A stretch of DNA of 64,000 bases, taken from positions 11,923 to 75,922 of the forward strand of contig JBELJN010000006.1 in assembly GCA_042090345.1 (NCBI GenBank). The letters are read 5' to 3'. The notes beneath the pieces are model-generated. The model saw nothing but the letters and a program-made list of their open reading frames with translations, did not search any database and was not told where the DNA came from. The position numbers and the translations under genes are program-made. The DNA is from Halieaceae bacterium (GTDB taxonomy: Bacteria; Pseudomonadota; Gammaproteobacteria; Pseudomonadales; Halieaceae). Below, one piece after another: positions 1-10,318 of this stretch (within the stretch, counting starts at the first letter, position 1; every line of letters starts with the position of its first letter).

Positions 1-909
1 GGATTCCACCGCCTCGTTAGCACGCCCACTGGTTTTCAGTGCATGACCGCGGGAAGTCAATATTCTTGCCATCTCGCCGTGCTCATTGAGCACCTTGTCA
101 TACACGGACAACGCACCTGAGAAATCACCCACCGCCTGCTGCTGAGCTGCAAGGGTGACGTCATAGACCATGTTTTCGGGAGACCTCGCCCGCAAATACA
201 GCGCCTGATTGAGTGCCTTATCAAACTTTTGCCGTTTGTGGAGAACCTGAACATAGTCGAGTCGAGCACGTTCGTACTCCGGATAGAATTCAACACATGA
301 CTCAAGCAAATACTCTGCGTCGTCAAATATTTGTAGCTGACTGCCAATTTCAGCAAGCAGCCTCATACCCTCTTGATGATGGGGCTCTTTCTGCAGAAAT
401 TGTCGACAGATCTGCTCGGCAACATACAATTTGCCCTCGTAAAGTAAGCTCGTGACCGTCTGTAACTCGCTCGGCATGCCTTCAAGCCAACGGATATGAT
501 TAGCCGCTTCTGCTTTGCGATCAGCTAAGCCTAACTGTCCATAGCGACCATGAAGCGCTTTCCAGCTCGCAAGCAGTGCTGGGTTCAACGACACAGCCCG
601 TTCAAACGCCTCGAGCGCTGAATCATTTCGTTTTAAGGCAATGAGGTTGTAGGCCTCTTCCTGATAGGCGCGCCCATAATCCGGATACGCAGCAAACAGC
701 GACTGAAGCGTGTTACGGGCAGAGGCTGAGTCCCCTTGCTGCCTCATACTCACCGCCAAGTAATACAGTGCGTCTTTATGAGTGGGGTCCGAATCAAGGA
801 TAGAGTGCAAGGCTCTCACCGCTGCAACCCTATTACCTGATTGAAGCTGCCGCTTGGCCTCAGACAAGATTGCGTCGTTCCCTTGTAACTTACTGTTTTC
901 CACTGTCAC
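1..909 (-). CDS. TPR-repeat protein, C-terminally truncated by the window edge (resembles the N-terminal part of TPR-sulfotransferase family proteins)
   Basis: Absent from the ORF track because it runs off the window. I translated the minus strand in the frame of GTG 909/903 and it is stop-free to position 1. It reads ...AILSEAKRQLQSGNRVAAVRALHSILDSDPTHKDALYYLAVSMRQQGDSASARNTLQSLFAAYPDYGRAYQEEAYNLIALKRNDSALEAFERAVSLNPALLASWKAL..., a typical TPR periodicity. Confidence 0.65.
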   Translation of the reverse strand, partial: MTVENSKLQGNDAILSEAKRQLQSGNRVAAVRALHSILDSDPTHKDALYYLAVSMRQQGDSASARNTLQSLFAAYPDYGRAYQEEAYNLIALKRNDSALEAFERAVSLNPALLASWKALHGRYGQLGLADRKAEAANHIRWLEGMPSELQTVTSLLYEGKLYVAEQICRQFLQKEPHHQEGMRLLAEIGSQLQIFDDAEYLLESCVEFYPEYERARLDYVQVLHKRQKFDKALNQALYLRARSPENMVYDVTLAAQQQAVGDFSGALSVYDKVLNEHGEMARILTSRGHALKTSGRANEAVES

Positions 910-941
910 TGAGTAAACTCGTAGAGTTGATGTTTTCAACT

Positions 942-966
942 AAAAAAGGCGCTCCATTGGAGCGCC
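942..966 (-). terminator. Rho-independent terminator downstream of the TonB-dependent receptor
   Basis: Seven-bp GC-rich stem GGCGCTC/GAGCGCC (948-954 with 960-966) and a 5-nt loop. On the minus strand it is followed by T6 (complement of A6 at 942-947). It lies 29 nt after the receptor stop at 995. Confidence 0.75.
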
Positions 967-994
967 TTGTATTTTTACCGCATTTGCAAACGAC

Positions 995-3358
995 CTAGAA
1001 ACGATAGCTCAGACGGACACCGAACGTGCGAGGACGATTCGGAGTGGTCTTGACAATGTCGTCTTCGTTACTAATGAAGAGATCTGCAAGCTCATCTGTC
1101 AGATTCTCGCCAAAGACAGTAATGGTCATATTTTCCAGGTCATACCCGAGACTCGCATCCCAAGTACGGTAGCTATCCATCTGGAAGTCGGCACCGGTCA
1201 CGATTGCACTGATTTGTTCATCTGTATACTGGTGAACAAGCTGCGCAAACATGCGATTACCGTTACCAATCTCCCAGTCATAGCGCGCTCTGAGCACGTA
1301 CTGCAGCTCTGGAGCCAAGGCGAGGGAACTTCCGGGCTGACGAAGACCTACAATGTTTGCCGGTACTCTAGTCAGTTCACTGTCGTTGAATGACACGTTC
1401 GCGAACAGGGTCAAATTCTCATTTGCCTGCCAAACGCTGTCGATTTCCATGCCCGTAATCTCAGCATCCGAAACATTGTCAATGAACGTGAGGTTCGAGA
1501 TATCGAAGTCTAGGACACCAATCTGCATGGCTTCCCACTCAATACGATAGATGGCACCGTTAAACCGTAGCGTGTCATCCATCATTGTCATCTTCCAACC
1601 AAACTCAAGGTTGGTCACCTCGTCTGACTCGTAGAAGTCAGGCACGAATGGCCCCTCAGGGTTAGCGCTCGACCCACCATTTCGGTTAAAGCCACCAGGG
1701 CGGTAACCCTCAGACCAGGTTCCGTAGATCATGGTGCTGTCGTCGATATTCCACTGAACATTCAACTTCATGATCGTGTCGCTAAGATCTGCAGGGCTCG
1801 AGCCTTCGAGTACCTCATCAACGTTACGACCCCAGTCTAGATCGCCCGTGCCGTAGTCCCGGTTTGCAAAGTTAGAGCTGCCTTTAAGACCGATCTCAAT
1901 GTCATAGCGGCGAACACCAATGGTTGCGGTCACGTCGTCGCTGATGTCGTAGTACAACTCACCAAAGAACGAGAGTTCCTTCTTGCTTCGAGTGAAGTCA
2001 TTGAAGAAAACAACGCCGGGAGGACGCGTATTCGGATTGCTTGAGGTCGCTCCAGGAATGGGCGCATTCGGTACGAATCCGGCTTCCACAGACGACGGAT
2101 AGTTCCAATCACCCTGCTCAACGTTCTCAGTATCATCGGCAAATACACCGATCATGGCGCGTAAACGTCGATCGGCATCTGTATTGATTCGGAATTCGTG
2201 CGTTGTTCTTTCCGTGTTGTAGTACTGATCGAGGAAGAACGCGGTCTCACCACAGCTCGTATAAGACGTATTACAAATGTAATAGGGAATATACGGGCCG
2301 TTATTGGCATAACCCGAGTAATCCGATATGCCCTCGACCAATCTGTCTAGGTACGAACCGGTGTAAATAACGTCCAAGTTGGCCATACGACCTGAGACGG
2401 TCCATGTCGTTAGGTCGAATTCGTCATCGGCGAAGTCAGGTTGATAAGACTCAGAGTTCAAGTCACCCAGCGTTGGATCGTAATCCCAGACGCCCTCAGT
2501 CTCAATTGTCTGGCTGGTATGCTGCAATTGCACATCCCAGTCATCATTCGGTGCCCACCGAAGGCTCGCTCTGTAGCCCTCGTACGTCGCATCGTTGAAG
2601 TTGTCTTCTACAAGACCCTCGTTTGTAGAGATCGCCCGCTCAGCTGGCTCTCGCCCACCGAGACCTGGGTTGCTGTAGGGGAGTAATCGACTCCCACTCA
2701 CGTTATTGATGTAGCCACCCTCTTTGGCACGGTAAACAGCGACCCGGGCAGCGAGTTTGTCATCAACGAGCGGAATGTTTGCATAAGCCTCAATAGCGCT
2801 GCTGTTGTCAGCTGACGACGTATTAGAACCCATCAAATCGATACCACCAGAGAATTCGTTGAATTCTGGCTTGTTGGTAATCAATCTGACTGTTCCAGCC
2901 TGAGAACTTGCCCCATAGAGCGTACCCTGTGGACCCGGCAACACCTCCACACGGTTCATATCGGTCATGTAGGGGTCGATATTTCGACCACCCATGGATA
3001 TCGGCGCTTCATCTAAGTAGAGCGCGACAGTCGGCTCAAGACCCACAGCACCCGCGATCTTCAGACCTCCTTTACCGGTCGAAACACCGCGAATGAAAAT
3101 TTCATTACGACCCGGACCACGGCCCCCCGAGGTCACCCCTGCAAGGTTCTTGATGTAGTCTTTGAAGTTACCAATACCCAAGTCTTCAAGCGTGTCTTCA
3201 CCCAGGGCTTGGATGGTAATGGGGATGTCTTGCGCACTTTCGGTACGCTTCGTGGCCGTAACGACCACCTCCTCAAGCTGCGCGTGTGCCGAGGTCGCGG
3301 TAATCGCGCTGACGGTTAACGCAGAGATCGCATGGCTAAGTGTTTTCTTTTGGAACAT
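995..3358 (-). CDS. TonB-dependent outer-membrane receptor, substrate unknown
   Basis: ORF 995..3373. Signal peptide MFQKKTLSHAISALTVSAITATSAHA is followed by the plug motif QLEEVVVTATKR. The protein is beta-barrel length and ends in the aromatic terminus RLSYRF. ATG 3358 is preferred because an AGAGG Shine-Dalgarno lies 5 nt upstream; ATG 3373 is the alternative. Confidence 0.9.
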   Translation of the reverse strand: MFQKKTLSHAISALTVSAITATSAHAQLEEVVVTATKRTESAQDIPITIQALGEDTLEDLGIGNFKDYIKNLAGVTSGGRGPGRNEIFIRGVSTGKGGLKIAGAVGLEPTVALYLDEAPISMGGRNIDPYMTDMNRVEVLPGPQGTLYGASSQAGTVRLITNKPEFNEFSGGIDLMGSNTSSADNSSAIEAYANIPLVDDKLAARVAVYRAKEGGYINNVSGSRLLPYSNPGLGGREPAERAISTNEGLVEDNFNDATYEGYRASLRWAPNDDWDVQLQHTSQTIETEGVWDYDPTLGDLNSESYQPDFADDEFDLTTWTVSGRMANLDVIYTGSYLDRLVEGISDYSGYANNGPYIPYYICNTSYTSCGETAFFLDQYYNTERTTHEFRINTDADRRLRAMIGVFADDTENVEQGDWNYPSSVEAGFVPNAPIPGATSSNPNTRPPGVVFFNDFTRSKKELSFFGELYYDISDDVTATIGVRRYDIEIGLKGSSNFANRDYGTGDLDWGRNVDEVLEGSSPADLSDTIMKLNVQWNIDDSTMIYGTWSEGYRPGGFNRNGGSSANPEGPFVPDFYESDEVTNLEFGWKMTMMDDTLRFNGAIYRIEWEAMQIGVLDFDISNLTFIDNVSDAEITGMEIDSVWQANENLTLFANVSFNDSELTRVPANIVGLRQPGSSLALAPELQYVLRARYDWEIGNGNRMFAQLVHQYTDEQISAIVTGADFQMDSYRTWDASLGYDLENMTITVFGENLTDELADLFISNEDDIVKTTPNRPRTFGVRLSYRF

Positions 3359-3602
3359 CTGGGCCTCTCTCATTTTGTTTATGGGCTGTTCATCTCTGAC
3401 TCAGCGAAACCTTTTAGAGATGTGTGTCGGACTCTTTCGCTTTTTTAATTATGTGCGCCGAACTGACTATAACCTTACGGATTTAGATAATAAATTCAAG
3501 CACAGTCATAGGTTGGCTCAGCTTTTATCAAGCCGTTATTTACTGACATTTCCACGTTATTTGCGGATTTTAGAGCGCAAGCCGCCGTGCGTTTGAGGGG
3601 GG

Positions 3603-4190
3603 TTAGTCTTTGTCCCGGACACCGGAAGTAATACCCCAGCGATTCACAAGATCGTTCTCAAGTTCGAACAAATCTAAAACACGCCCGACACTGTGGTTAA
3701 TGATGTCATCGACGCTCTCGGGGCGTGTATACATGGCAGGCAGCGGCGGTGCGATGATCGCCCCCATTTCCGATAGTGCCGTCATCGTTCTCAAGTGCCC
3801 CGTATGAAACGGCGTCTCACGCACCATCAAAACAAGTTTCCTGCGCTCTTTTAGGGCAACGTCGGCCGCTCGGGTAAGGAGCGATGAGGTAACGCCAGTT
3901 GCGATTTCCGACATGGTTCGCACAGAGCACGGTGCAATAACCATACCGGCTGTCGGAAAGGACCCGCTGGAGACCGCGGCCCCAACGTCTTTTACTGGAT
4001 ACCAGTGATCAGCCAATGCTTTTACGTCATCAGCGCGCAGGTCACTTTCATAACTAAGCGTCAGTTCTGCGGACTTACTCATGACTAAATGAGTCTCAAT
4101 GTTCGACGCGCGCAACGCTTCGAGCATACGGATACCGTAAATGATGCCCGAGGCACCGCTGATTCCTACGATTAGTTTCTGTCTGCTCAT
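3603..4190 (-). CDS. ubiX: Flavin prenyltransferase UbiX
   Basis: KLIVGISGASGIIYGIRMLEAL... and the C-terminal region are typical of UbiX/Pad1. ATG 4190 gives an N-terminus like E. coli UbiX. The track ORF starts at TTG 4217. Confidence 0.85.
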   Translation of the reverse strand: MSRQKLIVGISGASGIIYGIRMLEALRASNIETHLVMSKSAELTLSYESDLRADDVKALADHWYPVKDVGAAVSSGSFPTAGMVIAPCSVRTMSEIATGVTSSLLTRAADVALKERRKLVLMVRETPFHTGHLRTMTALSEMGAIIAPPLPAMYTRPESVDDIINHSVGRVLDLFELENDLVNRWGITSGVRDKD

Positions 4191-4562
4191 CTGGGGCAAC
4201 TCTGCTTTCTCTGACAAGACCCAATGTGCTTAAGCTGGGCCCAATTAATAGTTCACTGTTATCGGCATTGACCCTTTATCGATAGGCCATACACAACCAA
4301 CGCACAACGTGTGCGACTCTAACCCCAAAGCACCCGTCATGCCACAGATCGAGCATTAAGGCTCGGGTATTAGCTTGGACACGACGGCTTACCTAGTCAC
4401 GCCTTGGTCACTGCCACCACGGCATTACTGCAGATGCCTATTTCGCAAATTCCGATGATATTGCCCATTGGAAGCCCCCCTAGCACAACGCAAGAAAGCC
4501 ACAGAACACAGACTGGCGACCGAGAGGGAGGCCAGAAAGAGCGGATCATTACGGAAGGAATT

Positions 4563-4638
4563 TGGTGGAGCCAGGCGGGATCGAACCGCCGACCTCAACA
4601 CTGCCAGTGTTGCGCTCTCCCAGCTGAGCTATGGCCCC
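4563..4638 (-). tRNA. tRNA-Ala (anticodon GGC)
   Basis: The minus strand reads GGGGCCATAGCTCAGCTGGGAGAGCGCAACACTGGCAGTGTTGAGGTCGGCGGTTCGATCCCGCCTGGCTCCACCA. It folds as a cloverleaf with anticodon loop CTGGCAG. The G3:U70 alanine identity pair, the GTTCGATCC T-arm and an encoded CCA are all present. Confidence 0.95.
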
Positions 4639-4654
4639 AAATCGAAGAGGCCGA

Positions 4655-4683
4655 ACGTTACGAGTAAGCGCGGCCGGTGTCAA
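4655..4683 (-). promoter_or_regulatory. Putative sigma70 promoter for tRNA-Ala
   Basis: The minus strand has TTGACA (4683-4678), a 17-nt spacer and TAACGT (4660-4655). The -10 element ends about 16 nt upstream of the mature tRNA 5' end. Confidence 0.4.
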
Positions 4684-4733
4684 GGTGGAATCAGGTTTGC
4701 TATGGTGTCGCAGGCAAATCTGGGAGGCAAAAA

Positions 4734-5162
4734 ATGTTTGGTCAATTACTGTTGGGTGTTACAGGCGCCATTTTCTTCGGTTTAGGTGTCATTAGCGTTT
4801 ATAACCCAGAAATTCCTGCTGGTTGGTCGGGTTTATTTATTGCCTCGCAAGACGCCTACGCGGAAATAGCCGCCATGTATGGCGGTATGGAGATTGCCGT
4901 CGGCTCCATCTTGCTTGCTTCGGCCGTTATCAAAGAATATTTGAAGGCCGGCCTGTGGCTATTGTTTATCATTATCTTTTACATTGGCGCCGCAAGAGCC
5001 TTCACCGTAATCCGAGAGCTCGACTCGACGGTAGAGGTTGCAGGCAGCCAAGTCGGCATTGAGATGACGTCTAGCTTCACCAGCTATACGTGGGGTGTTC
5101 TAACCTTTGAGATCGTGGTCGCCATTTTGGCACTCATCGCACTTCTCAACCGCCCGCGCTAG
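4734..5162 (+). CDS. Small four-TM membrane protein, DUF4345-like
   Basis: ATG 4734 is preceded by GGGAGG. The product MFGQLLLGVTGAIFFGLGV... is hydrophobic with four predicted helices. The family assignment is from memory only. Confidence 0.6.
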   Translation: MFGQLLLGVTGAIFFGLGVISVYNPEIPAGWSGLFIASQDAYAEIAAMYGGMEIAVGSILLASAVIKEYLKAGLWLLFIIIFYIGAARAFTVIRELDSTVEVAGSQVGIEMTSSFTSYTWGVLTFEIVVAILALIALLNRPR

Positions 5163-5198
5163 CCACTCACCATATACAAGGCGGCAGCGCGGTGTTGG

Positions 5199-6683
5199 TT
5201 ATGCCAGCGCTGCGTACTCTTTCTCGAGTCGCTTTGCGGCCTTCTTAGACACGCCACCCAAAACGCTGATGGCGTTTCTCAGGCGCGCGCGCGTAAGATC
5301 AGGTCCAAGAATCGACATTGAGTCGGGGATCGAGTAGGCGCTCGACTTGCCCGAAATTGCGACGAAGAGAGGTGCGAACAAAACCTTTGGCTTTAATTCC
5401 AACGTGTCCGCCAAGCCTTTGAGCGTTACAAACAAAGCCCCGCGCTCCCAATCCTGCTGTGCCTCTAGTCGCCACAACACGAACTGCAAACGCTTAAGCA
5501 GCTCCTCCTGTGAATCCGCCGTGCCATCGAAGGCGTCAGCGGTCACCGCAACCTCACCCGACAGTAAATAAGCCGACATCGGGATAAAGTCAGACATGAC
5601 ATCCATGCGGCCCTGCGCGTGCGGCAAGATCTTATCTAAGGTCTCATCGTTCCAGAGCCAGGACTTTAAACGCGCCTTTAACGTCTGAGCGTCGAAGTCT
5701 TCCCGTAGCCAAGTACCGTTAAGCCACTTGAGCTTTTCAACGTCAAAAATAGGGCCTCCGAGCGATACACGATCAATATCGAACGCTGCCTGCATTTCGT
5801 CGAGCGAGAATTTTTCGCGCTCGTCGGGCATAGACCATCCCATACGACCCAAGTAGTTAACCAGTGCCTCTGGCAAGAAGCCCATGCGCTCGTAATGAAG
5901 AATGCTAGTCGGGTTCTTGCGCTTACTTAACTTTGACTTGTCAGGGTTTCTGAGCAACGGCAGGTGACAAAGCTCAGGCATATCCCAGCCAAAGTAGTGA
6001 TAGAGCAACTTGTGTTTTGGCGCTGAGTTCAACCACTCCTCGCCACGAATCACGTGGGTGATGCCCATCAGGTGATCGTCCACAACATTAGCAAGGTGGT
6101 AGGTCGGCATACCATCTGACTTTAGAAGGATCTGTGCATCGACCATGCTCCAGTCGAGCTCGATATCGCCACGAAGGCGGTCGTGAATCAGACACGCCCC
6201 TTCCTCATCTGGCACACGCATGCGAATAACAAACGACGCACCTGCGGCCTTTCGTGCCATCTGCTCGGCGTCACTCAACTCCAGATCCGCGGGCTTCAAG
6301 GCCGTTGATCGGCCGTCAGCACGACGGGCTTCACGCAATGTTTCAAGCTCCTCGGGCGTTCGATAGCAAACGAAGGCATCACCCTGCTCTACCAGTTGCC
6401 AAGCGTATTCGCCATAAATATCGCGCCGCTCACTCTGACGATACGGTCCATGATCACCGCCAACGTCGGGCCCTTCGTCCCAGTCGAGCCCTAGCCACCG
6501 GAGCGAGTCAAAAATCATCTGCTCGGCAGCCACGGTGCTGCGAGCCTGATCCGTGTCCTCGATGCGCAAAATAAACTGCCCACCGTGTGCTTTTGCAAAG
6601 CACCGGTTAAATAAGGCCATGTAAGCTGTGCCTACGTGGGGGTCGCCGGTAGGAGATGGGGCAACGCGCGTTCTGACGGTCAT
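5199..6683 (-). CDS. gltX: Glutamyl-tRNA synthetase
   Basis: N-terminus [21 protein letters not shown] carries a class I HIGH-type motif. A KLSKRK (KMSKS) motif is present and the length is 494 aa. Confidence 0.95.
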   Translation of the reverse strand: MTVRTRVAPSPTGDPHVGTAYMALFNRCFAKAHGGQFILRIEDTDQARSTVAAEQMIFDSLRWLGLDWDEGPDVGGDHGPYRQSERRDIYGEYAWQLVEQGDAFVCYRTPEELETLREARRADGRSTALKPADLELSDAEQMARKAAGASFVIRMRVPDEEGACLIHDRLRGDIELDWSMVDAQILLKSDGMPTYHLANVVDDHLMGITHVIRGEEWLNSAPKHKLLYHYFGWDMPELCHLPLLRNPDKSKLSKRKNPTSILHYERMGFLPEALVNYLGRMGWSMPDEREKFSLDEMQAAFDIDRVSLGGPIFDVEKLKWLNGTWLREDFDAQTLKARLKSWLWNDETLDKILPHAQGRMDVMSDFIPMSAYLLSGEVAVTADAFDGTADSQEELLKRLQFVLWRLEAQQDWERGALFVTLKGLADTLELKPKVLFAPLFVAISGKSSAYSIPDSMSILGPDLTRARLRNAISVLGGVSKKAAKRLEKEYAALA

Positions 6684-6849
6684 GTGAATCTCTTTTCGAT
6701 GAAGGGCTTTTGTAAGCGCGCAATGTTAACAGAAGCGGGTCCGAATAAAGCTGTCTATCACCGCTTCCCAATACACTTATTGCGTGAGTTTATTACACGC
6801 CCGAGTCAAAATTCGATAGGATGTGCCAAACCCAAGAGCAAGAAGAATC

Positions 6850-8490
6850 ATGCGTTGTTTTCGATCATTTTTAGCCGTCAGCTGCCTCGCGCTGCTGGCT
6901 GGGTGTGGTAGTGGTGAGAGTAATGTGGAGTCCGGAAATCGAGAGGGGCTTCTCCATTATGGAAATGGTGCAGAACCGCAGGGTCTTGATCCCCATGTGG
7001 TGACAGGGGTTCCCGAAAACCATCTTATTCGCGCACTTTTTGAAGGCCTCGCGGTAAAAAACCCGAAGACGCTAGAGCCAGAGCCCGGTGTTGCCGAGCG
7101 CTGGGAAATCAGTGATGACGGCACGGTTTACACGTTCTATATCAATCCAGATGCCAAGTGGAGCAACGGAGAGTCCATCACCGCCTCCGATTATGTTTGG
7201 TCGTGGCATCGTGCGCTGCACCCGGATACGGGCTCGCTATACGCTTACATGCTCTACCCCATTGCTAATTCAGAGGCCTACTCGAAACGGGAGATCACTG
7301 ACTTCAATGAGGTTGGCGTCAAAGCATTAGATGACCTCACACTGCAAGTGACATTAAACGCTCCGACGCCGTATTTTTTGCAGCTCATGGATCACTACAG
7401 TAGCTTTGCGGTGCACCCCGAGACCTTACTGCAACATGGGAAGATGACAGATCGATTTACCCCATGGACGCGGGTTGGAAACATTGTGAGCAATGGCGCC
7501 TTCACCTTGGAAGAATGGTCGCTTAACCGACGCATTATCATGAAGAAAAACGATCACTATTGGGATCGTGACAATGTTGCGCTCAATGGTGTGGTGTTCT
7601 ACCCAACCGAAAACGTGGTGAGTGAAGAGCGCATGTTCCGCGCCGAGCAGTTGCACTACACCCAAGTCGTACCCCTGGACAAAGTTCCAGGCTACCGCGA
7701 GAGCGGGAACCCAAGTTACGTTCAAGCGCCTTATTTAGGTACCTACTACTACCTCGTAAACACTGAGCGACCACCAGTGGACAACGTTTTAGTCCGCCGC
7801 GCCCTGTCGCTTGCTTTGGATCGCGATACGCTGACACGGACCGTACTACAAGACACTGCCATTCCAGCCTTCAGCATCACGCCGCCCGATACGCTTGGCT
7901 ACAATCCGCCAAAACTGTTTGCTCATGACCCCGAAAAGGCGCGTCAATTACTCGCGGACGCGGGCTACCCCAATGGCGAGGGTTGGCCGGGCCTTGAGAT
8001 CATCTACAACACCCAGGAAGCGCACCGTAAAATCGCAGTCGCCGTGCAGCAAATGTGGAAGCGCGAGCTAAACATCGACATTACGATCGCGAACCAAGAG
8101 TGGAAGGTGTATCTCGACTCTGTGTCCCAACGAAATTTCCAGGTGGCGCGTCGAGGTTGGATTGGCGATTACGTGGACGCTAACAACTTCCTTGACCTCT
8201 TCATAACGGACGGCGGGAATAACAATACGGGCTATGCCAACGAAGTCTACGACGACATTATTTTAAATCGCGCACCGAAAGCCAAAAGTCGAGATGAGCG
8301 ATATGGGTTGTTCTATGAAGCTGAGACTATGCTGATGCAGGAAATGCCTATCATCCCAATTTACACCTACACAAGTAAGCACTTAGTGCACCCAAGCGTA
8401 GAAGGTATTTACCCCAACCTAATGGACTCATTGAACCTTAAATACGTGACGTTGCATCCCGAACGTCGCTTAAACGGAAAAGCTAACTGA
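6850..8490 (+). CDS. Peptide ABC transporter substrate-binding lipoprotein (family 5, OppA/YejA-like)
   Basis: Lipoprotein signal MRCFRSFLAVSCLALLAGC. The body matches SBP family 5 in size (about 545 aa). It is the first gene of a four-gene ABC operon. Confidence 0.85.
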   Translation: MRCFRSFLAVSCLALLAGCGSGESNVESGNREGLLHYGNGAEPQGLDPHVVTGVPENHLIRALFEGLAVKNPKTLEPEPGVAERWEISDDGTVYTFYINPDAKWSNGESITASDYVWSWHRALHPDTGSLYAYMLYPIANSEAYSKREITDFNEVGVKALDDLTLQVTLNAPTPYFLQLMDHYSSFAVHPETLLQHGKMTDRFTPWTRVGNIVSNGAFTLEEWSLNRRIIMKKNDHYWDRDNVALNGVVFYPTENVVSEERMFRAEQLHYTQVVPLDKVPGYRESGNPSYVQAPYLGTYYYLVNTERPPVDNVLVRRALSLALDRDTLTRTVLQDTAIPAFSITPPDTLGYNPPKLFAHDPEKARQLLADAGYPNGEGWPGLEIIYNTQEAHRKIAVAVQQMWKRELNIDITIANQEWKVYLDSVSQRNFQVARRGWIGDYVDANNFLDLFITDGGNNNTGYANEVYDDIILNRAPKAKSRDERYGLFYEAETMLMQEMPIIPIYTYTSKHLVHPSVEGIYPNLMDSLNLKYVTLHPERRLNGKAN

Positions 8491-8491
8491 G

Positions 8492-9427
8492 ATGCTGCGC
8501 TTTATTTTCTGGCGGCTAATCCAAGCGATTCCCGTTATTTTTGTCGTTATCACGGCCACGTTTTTCTTGGTGCGCTCTGCGCCAGGTGGGCCCTTTGACA
8601 GTGAGAAAGCGGTTCTACCCGAGGTCAAACGCGCGCTGGAGGCCCAATACAAACTGGATCTCCCACTGCATGAACAATACTTTGCCTACCTTAGCGACTT
8701 AGGTAATGGCGACCTGGGACCTTCTTTTAAATACCCAGGGCGCAGCGTCAATGAAATTCTTAGCAGTGGTCTTCCGGTAACCGCTGAATTGGGTTTATAC
8801 GCGCTAAGCTTCGCGCTCCTTATTGGCGTTTTCGCAGGTGTATTTGCCGCACTGAAACCCAACACGCGGCAGGACTATATTCCAATGGGGCTGGCGATGA
8901 TTGGAATCTGTATGCCCTCTTTTCTCCTGGGTCCACTGCTGGTGCTCATTTTCGGTATCTACCTCGATTGGCTGCCGATTGCCGGATGGGGCGACCTTCC
9001 GGGCGATAAAATATTACCCTCAATCACGCTGGGTTCGGCCTATGCCGCGTATATCGCAAGACTTAGCCGGGCCGGCATGCTCGAAATTTTGTCGCAAGAC
9101 TACATTCGCACGGCACGAGCCAAAGGCTTGCCCGAATGGCGTGTCGTCACACAACACGCCTTGCGTGGCGGATTGATACCCGTGATTGCGTTCCTTGGTC
9201 CCGCCTTCGCGGGCCTACTCGCCGGCTCATTCGTTGTCGAGACGATCTTCCAAATACCCGGTTTGGGACGCTTCTACGTCCAGGCCGCCTTCAACCGCGA
9301 CTACACGATGATCTTGGGAACTACGGTGTTCTTGTCGACACTCATCGTATTCTTCAACCTGATCAGTGACGTCATCGCAGCGTGGCTCAATCCGCGTCTC
9401 CGCGCGCAGTTCAAAGGAGCCGCCTAA
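8492..9427 (+). CDS. Peptide ABC transporter permease (OppB/YejB-like)
   Basis: Six-TM BPD-type permease. It starts 1 nt after the binding-protein stop. Typical sequences MLRFIFWRLIQAIPV and the EAA-loop region YIRTARAKGL are present. Confidence 0.9.
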   Translation: MLRFIFWRLIQAIPVIFVVITATFFLVRSAPGGPFDSEKAVLPEVKRALEAQYKLDLPLHEQYFAYLSDLGNGDLGPSFKYPGRSVNEILSSGLPVTAELGLYALSFALLIGVFAGVFAALKPNTRQDYIPMGLAMIGICMPSFLLGPLLVLIFGIYLDWLPIAGWGDLPGDKILPSITLGSAYAAYIARLSRAGMLEILSQDYIRTARAKGLPEWRVVTQHALRGGLIPVIAFLGPAFAGLLAGSFVVETIFQIPGLGRFYVQAAFNRDYTMILGTTVFLSTLIVFFNLISDVIAAWLNPRLRAQFKGAA

Positions 9428-10314
9428 TGAATACAGAGCAAATCGACTATCTTGCCGAGGCCGAGGATGGCTCATCTCTCTGGCAAGACGCCTGGCTGAG
9501 ACTGAAGAAAAATAGAGCGGCCGTCGCTGGCGGCATTGTATTGATCACCATGGTGCTTCTCGCTTTGCTTACCCCCTTGATTGCGCCCTATGGTTACGAG
9601 GCACAAAACCTCGATTTGGGCGCATCGCCGCCCTCGGCCGCACACTGGTTAGGCACTGATATTTTCGGAAGAGATCTACTGACCCAGATTCTGTATGGCG
9701 GGCGTATCTCTCTGGCAGTGGGTTTCATAGCAACCGCTGTGGCCCTCGTCATTGGTGTGACTTGGGGCGCTGTTGCTGGCTACATTGGAGGGCGCATCGA
9801 TGCAGCGATGATGCGATTTGTGGATATTTTATACGCCCTACCCTTCATGATTTTCATCATTTTGCTGATGGTGGTGTTTGGCAGAAATATTCTCTTGTTG
9901 TTCCTGGCAATTGGCGCGGTTGAATGGTTAACCATGGCTCGAATCATGCGGACGCAAGTACAAGCCCTTCGCCAGCAGGAATTTGTTGAAGCCGCTATTT
10001 CGCTTGGACTCTCGCCAAGATCGATCATTTTCAAGCACATTGTCCCCAACGCAATCGGACCCATTATTGTTTACACCACACTGACCATCCCAAGCGTCAT
10101 GTTGCTGGAGGCCTTCTTGAGCTTCCTAGGCTTAGGTATCCAGCCACCACAAACTAGCTGGGGACTGCTTATCAGCTATGGGGCAGAGACGATGGAAGAG
10201 TACCCGTGGCTCCTTATCTTCCCGGGACTTGCACTCACCGTAACCTTATTCTCACTTAACTTCCTCGGCGATGGTTTGCGCGACGCGCTCGACGTTCGCG
10301 GCTCTAAGGATTAA
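9427..10314 (+). CDS. Peptide ABC transporter permease (OppC/YejE-like)
   Basis: ATG 9427 overlaps the upstream stop (TAATG). The protein has an OppC-type N-terminus and a permease core (FVEAAISLGLSPRSIIFKHIVPN). Confidence 0.9.
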   Translation: MNTEQIDYLAEAEDGSSLWQDAWLRLKKNRAAVAGGIVLITMVLLALLTPLIAPYGYEAQNLDLGASPPSAAHWLGTDIFGRDLLTQILYGGRISLAVGFIATAVALVIGVTWGAVAGYIGGRIDAAMMRFVDILYALPFMIFIILLMVVFGRNILLLFLAIGAVEWLTMARIMRTQVQALRQQEFVEAAISLGLSPRSIIFKHIVPNAIGPIIVYTTLTIPSVMLLEAFLSFLGLGIQPPQTSWGLLISYGAETMEEYPWLLIFPGLALTVTLFSLNFLGDGLRDALDVRGSKD

Positions 10315-10318
10315 ACGC

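Noticed and set aside
3486-3501. A Fur-box-like GATAATAAATTCAAGC upstream of the TonB-dependent receptor.
   Set aside because: Only the first hexamer (GATAAT) matches the 19-bp Fur consensus GATAATGATAATCATTATC. The remaining positions are mostly mismatches and there is no dyad symmetry.
3162-3596. A 144-aa plus-strand ORF across the start of the TonB-dependent receptor and its promoter region.
   Set aside because: Half of it is antisense to the receptor signal-peptide and plug region. The rest lies in AT-rich promoter DNA. It has no Shine-Dalgarno and an unconvincing sequence.
4218-4562. I tested the gap for a second tRNA (tRNA-Glu), SRP RNA, RNase P RNA or 6S RNA.
   Set aside because: No GTTCGAATCC-type T-arm or cloverleaf is present. 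There is only a short CGGAAGGAA similarity to the SRP RNA motif, without the flanking helix, and no GAGGAAAGTCCGGGC RNase P core.
4404-4785. Two plus-strand ORFs (87 aa and 105 aa) spanning 4404-4785.
   Set aside because: Both read straight through the tRNA-Ala gene on the opposite strand, and their products are low-complexity and R/Q/E-rich.
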